A stretch of 20,000 nucleotides of DNA from Trichoplax sp. H2. Taxonomy: Eukaryota. Below are positions 9,353 through 20,000 of this stretch, piece by piece; the stretch's first letter is position 1, and each line of letters opens with the position of its first letter. The notes under the pieces were generated by a model. It did no database searches, was not told the origin of the DNA, and saw only the letters and a list, made by a program, of their open reading frames with translations. The position numbers and the translations under genes were made by a program. The stretch covers positions 114,156 through 134,155 of the forward strand of contig NOWV01000201.1 of the NCBI GenBank assembly GCA_003344405.1, written 5' to 3'.

Positions 9353-12300
9353 ATGAAGAATAGTTGATACGTCATTACATCCATGGCGCTAAAAGCTAAA
9401 GCAGGCACATTTGCAGAATAGATGGATTACCATTAAGATGAAATTGTTGAGCAATGTTAACTGTACAATCAATGCAGTATTAGTACAGGTTAGGATTACC
9501 TATAAGATGAGTTTGTAGAGCTGTTGTCATAGCCGATGAAAGCTAAGCAAGCTTACGCCAGTTGATCGAGAAACGACTCGTATCATTCAATAACCGTAGA
9601 AACGTTCTGGTGTAACTATTATGCTTCTCAAGTCAGTACTGTAAGCGATAGTCTAAAACCGCAGCCATATTGGATATTGTTAGATAGCGATACAGACTCT
9701 ACTAATGTAGACTGGGATTCCCTGTAGGTTTGAAGAATACAAAACTGATGCGAACTAACAACAATTTATAGACTAATGACTGTCAACAACCTTTGAGATG
9801 TTCTGTTATAGCTATCGTACCGTAGATATCGTACATTTAAAGTAGTCCGTAGTACAGTAGATCGCTTCATTTACAACTTGGATGGTACAAACAGCCATTA
9901 GACTGGATTATGGCTAATGAATCGGTGGGTTACAGCAAAGAGAGCTTATGATGGAGAGACTACTTATACCGTATGGGTATCAGTCGGTCACTAAGTAACC
10001 ATCGAGACATTTTTGTTAGCGTATAGTAGTAGAACTTCAAATCGACAGTGTTTATGTAAATACGCATTGCATATTTAGGATAGTCTATGATAGGATCGAT
10101 CCTTTCCTTACAATTTGGGTTAGTAAAGTAATTACGCATGCATAGCTGTACAGAGTAGATTACCCATAGGATAAAGTTTGCAAAGTCATTACAATATAAT
10201 CGATGGTAGCTAAGCAAGCAAGTGGTAGTTTGTGATCATGACGAGTTCTCGTATGAGACGATTTGTTACAACGATTATTCTTTCCAATATCGTCGATTTC
10301 AAGCAGTCCATGGTAGAATCGATGCCTTCATTGACAACTGCGATAGTAGAAACCATCAAGCTATACAGTGAAATCCGACTGGGATTACCATGATGGAAGA
10401 GTTTGCAAAGTTATTGCGTCGATACGTCGAGCTATGCGTCTTAGGAGAGTGGATCGGTTAACGACTCCTCCCTTTACTGGGCTATACTGTACAGTTGGAG
10501 TACTACACAGTTGGTCAATACTGTCTATATCTATCTATAGATATGGATGAATTTAATGACACATCTAGAATATTGTAATATTGTAACCGTCAAGACACTT
10601 GCTACCACCATCATGCATGTTTGATATCAATATTTGTCCATGAAAGTAGTCTATACAAGAACTGGGAGGAGATTTTCAATATCAAGATTCCATCTACATG
10701 CTTTCTCTCTTTCCATTTTGAAATCACTACCAAGACTGGCATAATATTGTTGTTACTCTCTTATTATTATTGACAATCTTGGTGCGCTGTTGCCTACTAT
10801 TCCCACCTACCGTTGGTCTATCATGCATGCTTGGTCAAATTCAACTTGGAAATCCTCCTCTACATACGTTGTATTTTAAAATATCGCTACAATAAGCTTC
10901 AACTTTTCACTCTACCTCAGTTCCAGGCAATCGCTGGAAGAGATTTAACACATCTTGAAATGGATTCCATGGCTTAACCGACTCCATAATCGAGCAATTT
11001 TCTTCCAATGCAGGACACCGCCAAGCAAGTTAGTGGAAAATGGCGACGTTTGAATGAGATTCATCTACGCATGCTCGACAAGGTCACACCATTCATCGCT
11101 TCAACGCCACGATCTCGTGATGTGGTTGCCTGACCGGTGGTGAAGGTTCATAAGGATTTGACTGACCCTTGGCGGTTGCCTTGGAAACCCAGCTGTTGGG
11201 ATGGGCGTGGGCAACCACCTCGTCAAAATAGTGACATCATCCAGTCACGATTGGGACGAGACTAGTGTATACTAGTGGACTCGACTCATGAATGAGTTAG
11301 TCGGCTTTCATTTCCATCAGCTATGTAAACAATTTTACGTTAGAGTAGCTGCAGTGCTAGCCAAAGTTCAAGAAGCTTTTACTTACAACAGTAGAGGATG
11401 ATGAACTCTTCAATTGTAGACAGACTATCACGGCTATGGCGTGGGCTGTAGTACTACAGCATCATCAACGGTTTTGTTTCGTTATTGCTCACAACACACG
11501 ATTGGCGTAAATAGGCATAATATCATGACCTGCTAAAGCAATTCACGTCTTATGCCCAAATGTACTGACTACTCTATCGTTGTCTCTTGCTTTACCTTGA
11601 TAGAGTTGGCTTATTTCAAATACTATAATGCTTTAGTAAATAGAAAGATAGTTTGCTTTTAGCTCATACCTAAACTAAAATTGGTCAATATGACTATGCA
11701 AATCATGGCTACAGTAGAAGCACAAATTTAGGTACTGTAGGCGCATAGGAATGCAATCACTCCATACGGCTAAGCATTTATTCAGTCACGAGGAGTAGTT
11801 ATGTACCGTACTTGTAAAGTATAGTATAGCAAACACTTCCATCAATGCACCAGTTTATCTTTCTACTAAACGATAAACTTCATCACCTGGTGTAATCTTT
11901 CAATGTGCTCAAATAGGAAGCATCCTATCGTATTATAAACTCATCAAGATACATGAGCTACACGACAAATGTACACGTCGATTTTTACTAATTGTCAATA
12001 CGATACCATTGCAGCATTTATGCAATTCGTTTGGAACTACTACAAGATGCATTGCACACAAGGTGACAGCTGTTCTACCTATTCAAGATACATACTCACA
12101 TACTTGATGTTACTTGACATTTAAAATAGACCATAGAAATTTGCTGTTCCCTTTGGCGTAGTTATAATCACGACAGCAACAATTAGTAATAAATACAACC
12201 ATATACTGTAGGTTACTTTATTGTATCTTTATCACTAGGGTACAGTATAACCACCATGGGCATATAACTATGCATCCTAATAAAGGGTAACATCAATCTA

Positions 12301-13604
12301 GGGTAATGAGGCATAACATCAAACGTCACGATTTACGGTAAAGCATAGCTATAGCTAGTTGATACTATACGTATATTCACAATGGATTATAAATTGATTG
12401 CCTTATTACATCTTGCTATGTATTCCAGAGAAAGGTAGCAAGCATATTAATTTTATTTAGTTATCAACGATAGCACAGTACAGTACATCTCATGCCTGGT
12501 TACTAGCAGGGTCATCCTCAATTGATTTCCATTCTGGTACATAGATAGACCCAAATTATTTACACAATCGCTTAACTTATAGCCCTTTTCTGAATATTGT
12601 CTAGGCACGTTTGCGCATACAAGAATTGCAGAAATATTACGGTCCAATTCGCAATACCAGCACTTGCGTACAAGAAATATTATTGCCATGTAGCATACGT
12701 TAGGGATATTTGAAAGATCGCAGAGAATCAAAATTTTTTATGTATAGTAGTAAATTCAAATTGGATAATGCTCAATACCCCAAAGCAATAATGTTTAACG
12801 AAAAGATAAGGTTTTGGAGATCGAATCTGTTGATTATACTTATTCAGTGAAGGCGAAAATAAATGATAACCACAAGGTCACTATGCCATAAGAGTATCAC
12901 ACAGTTTATCCAATTAACTGTGGCTTCGTATTGAAAATATTTCGTACAGTCTGAATTTATAAGTTTAAAAAAATTTGAAAGGTGAAGAGCTAATTGGTAC
13001 TGACATACCTAGTAGATATTACCAACGATTTGGATACCATTAGTAGTTGATCATATACTGTACTCTGCAGCAGTAAAAATGAGCATACTATGTAATAAAT
13101 GAATAATCATAAGTAACACGATCGATCGTTAAGTATTAAGGTATTGTAGAAACAACTTATATGTGTATCACCAATAAGACTAGTTAAGGCCTTACGATTG
13201 CAAATTAAATGCCCATTTTTCAATGATACTACGTGGATACACATCTATTAGTGCGGTGGAGAGGCCGTCTTCTCATCCTTATTTACACTTGCGATTACAT
13301 TCAATTTCCAGTATATTATATAACGAATATTGTATCGCATACACTGAAATAGACTCGTACACTAAAAGTATCAATTTTATTTCTGGTCAACAAAGCAACA
13401 TTTTAATTGATGATATACTATCGCTCCGCAAGAGCATACCCGAATAGCACCTAAAATAAGCTACAAAGGTGTTGTTAAAATTGAAATATAATGATTCAAA
13501 AATTTTTCAACTTTTACAGTTTCTACAGGTAATAAGGCACAAAAATGTCACATTTAACAGCAAATTTGCTTTGATACAAATACGACGACAGTTTCTCGGT
13601 GCTT

Positions 13605-13610
13605 TTTATT
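13605..13610 (-). terminator. Candidate polyadenylation signal (AATAAA) of ZRANB2
   Basis: TTTATT on the plus strand, ~450 nt downstream of the ZRANB2 stop codon. Confidence 0.45.
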
Positions 13611-14060
13611 ATAAATATGAAGATTTGTGTTGCTCTACTTCATAACGTATACTATAGCTTTTGAGGTGTTTAAGAAAGATCACGAGGTTATAGATTTTTA
13701 ATAGATTTTAAATACTTACATCAAATTACATAAGTGAATAGAGGCGACAAATGGATTATTTCGATTGATTTTCATTCATAACCCAACAAATTTTTCGGTG
13801 AATCTGAAAAATACAAAAACGCTCTAAAGAAATCTTAAATGTAATGGGGTAAAATTTGATACATCCGTACACACAGCATACGGTATATATATATACTTAT
13901 TTAAGTATAGTAAGATATTGTATCTACGCACTTTTAGATCATAAATCAAGGAGATAAAACTGCAGTAGCTCTCGAATAGAATTTTAATAGCTGACAAGTT
14001 ATAAACCTATCAAACCTCCTTCCGCAAATTATTCCTTGATTAACATCGCTATGAATCTAG

Positions 14061-17000
14061 TTAATGACGCCGTCTCGAAGAATATGGAGAAGGGGATCTA
14101 CTACGTCGCCGACGTCTCTCACGAGATCTTGACCTCGATCGACGCTTCCTGTAACTTGAACCAGAATGTCTTTCACGTGACCTTGAACGCCTGCGCTGCC
14201 GATCTCTATCGCGTGATCTTGATCTGGAATAGGATCTACGTCTTCGATCACCAGAATTAGAACGCGATCTATATTTTCTTTCTCTTGATCTAGAGCGCGA
14301 ATGCTTCCTTCTGCGGTCAGATCGTCCTCTACTACTGGATCTCGAGGATGACCTACCACTACTGCGTGATCTTGACGAGGAACGTCGAGATTTACGCTTC
14401 CTATCTGAAGAGCGAGAGCGAGAACGTGATCTCGAGTCGTGATTAGAACGACTTGGTGAGCTCGAATGTGAACGCGATCTACGCCTCCTAGAAAATTTTA
14501 ACACGGCTATATATTATTATGATGATGTATAAAGTTATTTATTACTTATTTAAAATATCAAAAACATTTACCACACATTATCACGTAGTGAAATATCTAC
14601 AAATACGGCATACCTATTAGAACTTGATTCACCGTCATTGCTGTTGTCGTCCGATGGGGTTCCTAGGTCATACTTTAACAGATCTGCATCGTCGCTACCA
14701 TCGCTATCCTCTTCCTAGCATTCCAACACATTTAACGACAATCAAGTACTCTGTACCATCATTATGACTCATCTTAATAGCGATAACTTTGTCATCCCTC
14801 AGATCCTACTGTACCGATATAGTTATAATACTGTATCTGAACAGCTTTTGATCAAGCTAGAAAACTATACTATTTTTAGAATCCTTATTCGTGAATTGAA
14901 AACTGTATATGATTTACAACGAACCTCATCCCCAAACCCGGATAAATCGTACTTGCCAGCATCCTCCTCCTAATTCAAAATTTTATGATATTGCAAAACA
15001 ATTTAAGAATTACATTACCGTACGACGTATTTTACAAAATAGTAATACTGCAACTAGTAACGACTTCAACATCTTCTTCGTCTTCTTCCTCGTCTCTAGT
15101 GGGCTCATCTTCGTATTCTTGTGCATCTGTTCCATCCTTATTGTGTAACCACAGACAATTCATTAAGAGTCAAACATAACTTTGTAGATAGTTAAGTAGA
15201 TTGGTATGGCCATTTAAGGTCAAAGTGAGCACTAACGCTACTCCTATTAGTTTGAGCGAATAAATTCAGTACCTCGTCACCCACACGTCGAAATTTTTTT
15301 TTCTTCCTTCCAAACTATCAAAGCAATAACGATATAAAATTGTAGTAACGGAATATGATTATTACGTTCATCTAATGTCAATGTGATACATTACATCATC
15401 GTATTCTCCATCGGATTCGTCACGATTGATATATTCGACGTTATCGCGTTCGTAGTATCCACCACCGAAACCTTTAATAGAAGGAGAGTTAATCCCGTAG
15501 CGCATTGAAATTATATATTATGGTCGTTTTAGGTGAATGAAAGGTAGTATATTGTTACTGTGCTATAGCAAGCTACGCAGCAGTATCTCAGGTATCTAGA
15601 TACACACCGTTAATTTTTAAAATTATTGTAAATGCTTATCAAAACATAAACCTGGCCTAATAAATTGTTTACTTTTTCGCAATCGTATAAGTTACAAGAG
15701 ACATATCTACTTCACTTTCATAAATATGTGAGCCTATTTTACAATACTGTACGTAGCTTAACTATTTTAACTCAGTATTGCAATTGTACAAGTTACAAGG
15801 GACATCCCAACTTTGCTTTAAAATATGTAGGCACACTTTGCAACATATAGCATAAATCAACTCTTAACTAATTAAAGGGAAACAAAGTTTAAACGACGTT
15901 CTACTAGCATCTACATATCTTTTGTAAAGATAGAGACGAAATATGTCAATCAATTGAGTCGTACCACTTCTATGTTCAACTTTTATAAATTTTGCTGTCT
16001 TGCAAATATTACACTCCAACCTTCGTGACCAATTGACATTACCACATCTTAAAATGTTACCAAGCAAAATAGATTAATAGCAGCCGAAAGCTGATAAATA
16101 GTAATTTAATCTTCAAATGTAGAATATTTCTTAATTCAGTTATTTAATTAATGATTGCAGCTATAATCCGATATTATTATGCACCTTGATTTTTTAAGCT
16201 GGTTTAATTAATTCACTTACTTAGAGCATTGCCAGTCCTCGGCACTAAACAGTCCACCACTTTTAGTAGCTGCATTCTTACCGATATTTTTAGGCTTTTG
16301 GATTGTGTCGGACTTCTTTTCTTGGCCTAAGAGTCAAGAGTACAGTGTTAATCTAACTTTATGAAAGCTGCATTAGAGACGAATTTTAAACGTCCTACGG
16401 GAGTTGACTAAAACGAAAGACATTATACTTCTCGGTAACAGTCTAGCACATTCACTTTAGACTATAATGTAATACACTACTATTGATAGTAATTTCCACA
16501 ACATAATGCAGATCAATACATAGTTATTGATAAATAGATTGAAGTCAATAACAGAATTTGCCTATTGCCTAGTTGACAATAAACTACTCCATTTCTTAAG
16601 CTATGAAATGTTGAAGCTAATATACTATGCAGTAAGAATTTTAGGGTCATATCATGACCAAGAGTTTGCACATGGCTACTATAATAAAACCAATTTAAAA
16701 TCTGTGGTAAGAAAAGGAATCAATTTACAACCTTTCCCACAGCGGTTGCATGATTTTCTCCAAGCAAAGTTGACATTGCCGCAGCTAGAGTTAAAAATGG
16801 CAGATAACATTTTCGTCAATAATCACACAGAATAAAACTATGAGAGGAAATTAAAATTGTTATTAAAATGTGTTGGATCGGCATTGTTATGATATTGGTA
16901 GAGCTTTGTGACTACTTCAACGGGTATAGTTGGATCTTTCCGAGAATAAAAGTACGTCGTATCGTTGTAGTAAGGTGTTGTAGGAGACCATAGTAGCAAT

Positions 17001-18310
17001 GACTAGGACAACATTGTTTCCGCGTGTGTGTATATGCTATACTACTGTACAATGTTTATAGTCCAACGGGCAATCGATAGCGCAACAGCCTAAAGACATC
17101 CGGCGTCAATTTGTACACTGTCTGTAGGCTTGCCCATACAGTATTGCAACCTCGGGCGGAGCACTTCTTCTTAGGGCTAGTGTCATGTACTTTGCTTCCT
17201 AATTTGTTGCAAATTGAATTGTACAACACTCGTCTATCTGCTAGTAACGTTGACAGAATGAAGAACAGGTATCCATCGTTGTCAACATAAATATACCACA
17301 TACTACTTGACAAATGAGCGCTCGTCCATACTTGGCATGGGATAGTGCGCGGATAGCGTGTATCGGAAAAACTGAGATTAGCTGCAAGAGCTAGGTGATA
17401 CCTTAACGTAAAAGTATGTGGTTCTCGATTTTAGTGTCGTGTACTACCGTCGTATTTTTGTACTTGTAATACGGTTAGCATAGGAAAACCAAACATTGCC
17501 TAGTCTACTGTTTGCCTATATGAGCTATGGCTAGAAGATGGATTTTTCGATTTTCTAGCCACTTTAGAAGGCCGCGGCTGAGGCAGAATGACATCAACGC
17601 CGATGCAATCTACAATTATCCACTACCCATTGGCTGCAGATCCACTAATACCAGAGCAGCCCAGTATGAGCCAATTTTTTGTTGCTATCAGAATGGATTG
17701 TCATTTTATAGTATTTAAATGGCGACTTTACTCCATCCAATGAAAAGAAAACGATCGCACTGTGAGTGCGCCTGTGTATGTCTATTGATGAGTAATGAAA
17801 CGCATGGCTGTCTAACTTGAATTATTGACTTGTTAGCGATACGTCCATTAATTAATGCATACTGTACGTTGAAATGATGGATAAAGACATTCTATCGTCT
17901 ACTATCAGAATGATCATCATTTGTCACTGGATTGTTGTAAGTTACCAATTTGGACTTGTACCGTAAAAACTAGTTTGCATTTTTATTGGTATCATACAGC
18001 TGGTCGACGTTGATGATGGCTATAAAATATCCAGACAACGATAGCAGGTACCGATCTGCATGAATTGATCTTGCATGGTAGACGGTTCCGTCACTATTGG
18101 CACTACTTCCATCATTGCCATTAGGCTAGTGCGACATTGTAGGGAGCAGGGAGAGTCTGTCCGCCGTAGGACGTAGCAAAACAACTTGCCAACTCATATC
18201 AACAACATTGAATCCAACTGATAATCAATGGCACCACTTCAAATGATTTTAACTTACGAACTATCGGGACATTCCCAATCGCCAGCAGCTTTTTGACCCC
18301 TTCCTGACAT
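14061..18310 (-). CDS. ZRANB2: Zinc finger Ran-binding domain-containing protein 2 (SR-like splicing regulator), 352 aa, 10 exons
   Basis: Exons (minus): 18310-18258, 16784-16732, 16326-16221, 16047-15965, 15471-15395, 15314-15273, 15136-15065, 14969-14925, 14714-14614, 14487-14061 (1059 nt, GT-AG, phase-compatible; the exon 7 donor GTCGTT is the weakest call). It has two RanBP2-type fingers (GDWECPDSSCGNVNFAWRKSCNRC and EDWQCSKCGNVNWSRRLECNIC), the conserved GFGGGYYERDNVEY...ESDGEYDDFGRKKKK segment, an acidic region and a C-terminal RS domain. Confidence 0.96.
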
Positions 18311-18566
18311 GGTGACAAAGAGTGAAAGTTTGGGCAATGGTTTAGATTCGAATGCAGAAGCGCTGCATGCCCAAAGGGAAATGGAAGTCAGCGAACAATG
18401 TCCAGCAACGTGATGATTGGTGTTATAGTGCTGTAGCGATCGATGGCAGTGGCTCTACTGTAATGGGAGTCAAGAAGACGATGATCAGTATAGTCCACCA
18501 TGGTCTGTGTAAGAAATTGGCTGAGAAACACTTGACGCCCGTATCCTGTTGTGGAGGGGAATGACC

Positions 18567-19288
18567 TACAGTACAAACTATACCATACAATGTACTGTAC
18601 ATGGCCGTACTGTACTGTAGTGTGTGATTCATTTTGTACAGTACTGTACAGTACTGTACAACAGTGTTGTCCATGATGAAAAATGAAATAGAACGCTTCA
18701 ACATGAATCGATTTTATGTAAAATGGATAACAATCGATGCAGGTTGATCAGGTGTCGTGTATACACTCCTACTCGTCTAAAATTTGGATGAATTTTGTTG
18801 TCACAATGACGCATTCAATTACTGTAGCGATTTATGTACTGTACAGTAGACGCCCGAGAGGCTGGAGTTTGTACAGTACGTTCTTACAGTACATACTGTA
18901 CAGTGTACAGTATGTACTGTAGGTCGCTGGGATCATAGAAGAAGATTTACAGCAAACCCTCTCTCCTCCCTTCAAACTCTCTCTGGTATTCTTTGTTACG
19001 TAGGCCTAGGAGGGCCAACCGCTTTGACTCTTCTCAGCAGTGTTCATGGACTACACCATTAGAGCACATTGACACATCGACGCTCCCGCGTTCTTATACA
19101 AGAGAGCCTTCTTTTACGTAGAGCGTATTCTATGACATCGAGCGTACCTTACGACGGGCTGCGCAGACTCATACGCAAGCGATCAAACTGCAACGGTACA
19201 GTACTGTACAGTATACGATCAAAAAGAGTAAAAAGCGCTTGGCTCTCCTCGCCTACTGTGTCGCAGGTTGAGCAAATACAGTACAGTA
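18567..19288. repeat. Dense cluster of chained TACAGTA/TACTGTA motifs upstream of ZRANB2
   Basis: About 20 copies, including TACAGTACTGTACAGTACTGTA (18637-18658), TACAGTACTGTACAGTA (19197-19213) and TACAGTACAGTA (19277-19288). Confidence 0.85.
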
Positions 19289-19406
19289 ATTGCATTGCGA
19301 ATAGGTAGCAGGACCGGTTCATTGCCGTTGGGAAACCGTCTTGAAAAGGGTTCCACACTTGCAGTACCAACACATCATGCAGTAGTAAATCAACAGTCAC
19401 AGTGCC

Positions 19407-20000
19407 AGCTAGGTCCACAGAATATCCAATAGCTAGAAGGAATACTGCAGATAAAGTACATCATCTTGAACCATGTACATTAATGTACATCTAGGGCACC
19501 ATACTTGTAAAGCCTCTCTGCTGATTGAGCAGACTGGCAAAGAGCTAGGTCCACAGAGTATCCAATAGCTAGAAGGAGTACTGCAGATAAAGTACATCAT
19601 CTGAGCAATGTACATCTAGGGCATCATACTTGCAAAGCCTGTCTGCTGATTGAGCAGACTGGCAGAGAGCTAGGTCCACAGAGTATCCAATAGCTAGAAG
19701 GAATACTGCAGATAAAGTACATCATCTTGTACCATGTACATCTAGGGCACTATACTTGTAAAGCCTCTCTGCTGATTGAGCAGACTGGCAGAGAGCTAGG
19801 TCCACAGAGTATCCAATAGCTAGAAGGAGTACTGCAGATAAAGTACATCATCTTGTACCATGTACATCTAGGGCACTATACTTGTAAAGCCTCTCTGCTG
19901 ATTGAGCAGACTGGCAGAGAGCTAGGTCCACAGAATGTCCAATAGCTAGAAGGAATACTGCAGATAAAGTACATCATCTGAGCAATGTACATCTAGGGCA
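19407..20000. repeat. Tandem satellite, ~126-bp unit, >=4.6 copies, truncated by the window end
   Basis: The anchor AGCTAGGTCCACAG recurs at 19407, 19543, 19668, 19794 and 19920 (periods 136, 125, 126, 126). Units are highly similar and each complete unit contains a hairpin. Confidence 0.97.

Noticed and set aside
9600..11090. Possible decayed gene or retroelement (short ORFs at 9960-10217 and 10368-10550)
   Set aside because: The frames I translated are interrupted by stops, with no recognisable RT, transposase or other domain motif and no consistent exon chain. A translated HMM search would be needed to exclude it fully.
14036..14359. ORFs 14036-14260 (+) and 14057-14359 (-)
   Set aside because: These are shadow frames of the repetitive RS-domain exon of ZRANB2.
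14764..15179. Plus-strand ORFs with poly-Ser/Phe stretches
   Set aside because: They are antisense to the acidic GAA/GAG-rich exons of ZRANB2.
17778..17818. Hammerhead-like string TTGATGAGTAATGAAAC...GTC
   Set aside because: The core begins UUGA rather than CUGA, stems I and III pair at only 2-4 positions, and it is a single copy with no Penelope or retrozyme context.
17905..17921. C/D box pair ATGATGA...CTGA on the minus strand of ZRANB2 intron 1
   Set aside because: The boxes are only ~5 nt apart and I found no distal D box or terminal stem, so it is not snoRNA-sized.
18352..19418. Short ORFs upstream of ZRANB2
   Set aside because: Many owe their Y/C/T/V/Q-rich composition to TACWGTA chains, and none resembles a known protein.
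19407..20000. Satellite as a CRISPR array, retrozyme or coding repeat
   Set aside because: There are no unique spacers or cas genes, CTGATTGA has no matching GAAA core, and the 125- and 136-nt units break the reading frame.

Overview
AT-rich animal genomic DNA with compact, intron-dense genes. It would fit an early-branching invertebrate such as a placozoan, but the taxon cannot be established from the sequence. I assembled three spliced genes by hand: a divergent ISY1-like protein (+, 1517-4473, 8 exons, 229 aa), SPTLC1/LCB1 (-, 14 exons over 8275-5242, first exon unresolved, one GC-AG intron) and ZRANB2 (-, 18310-14061, 10 exons, 352 aa). Two unrelated tandem arrays (~190 bp and ~126 bp units) run off the two ends of the window. 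The most striking signal is roughly 55 copies (manual count) of TACAGTA/TACTGTA, the canonical Tc1/mariner (Sleeping Beauty-type) excision footprint. Comparing satellite units shows directly that two of these are 5-bp insertions at a TA, and the motifs stack into chains just upstream of ZRANB2. Most entries in the ORF track are exon fragments read into introns or chance ORFs.
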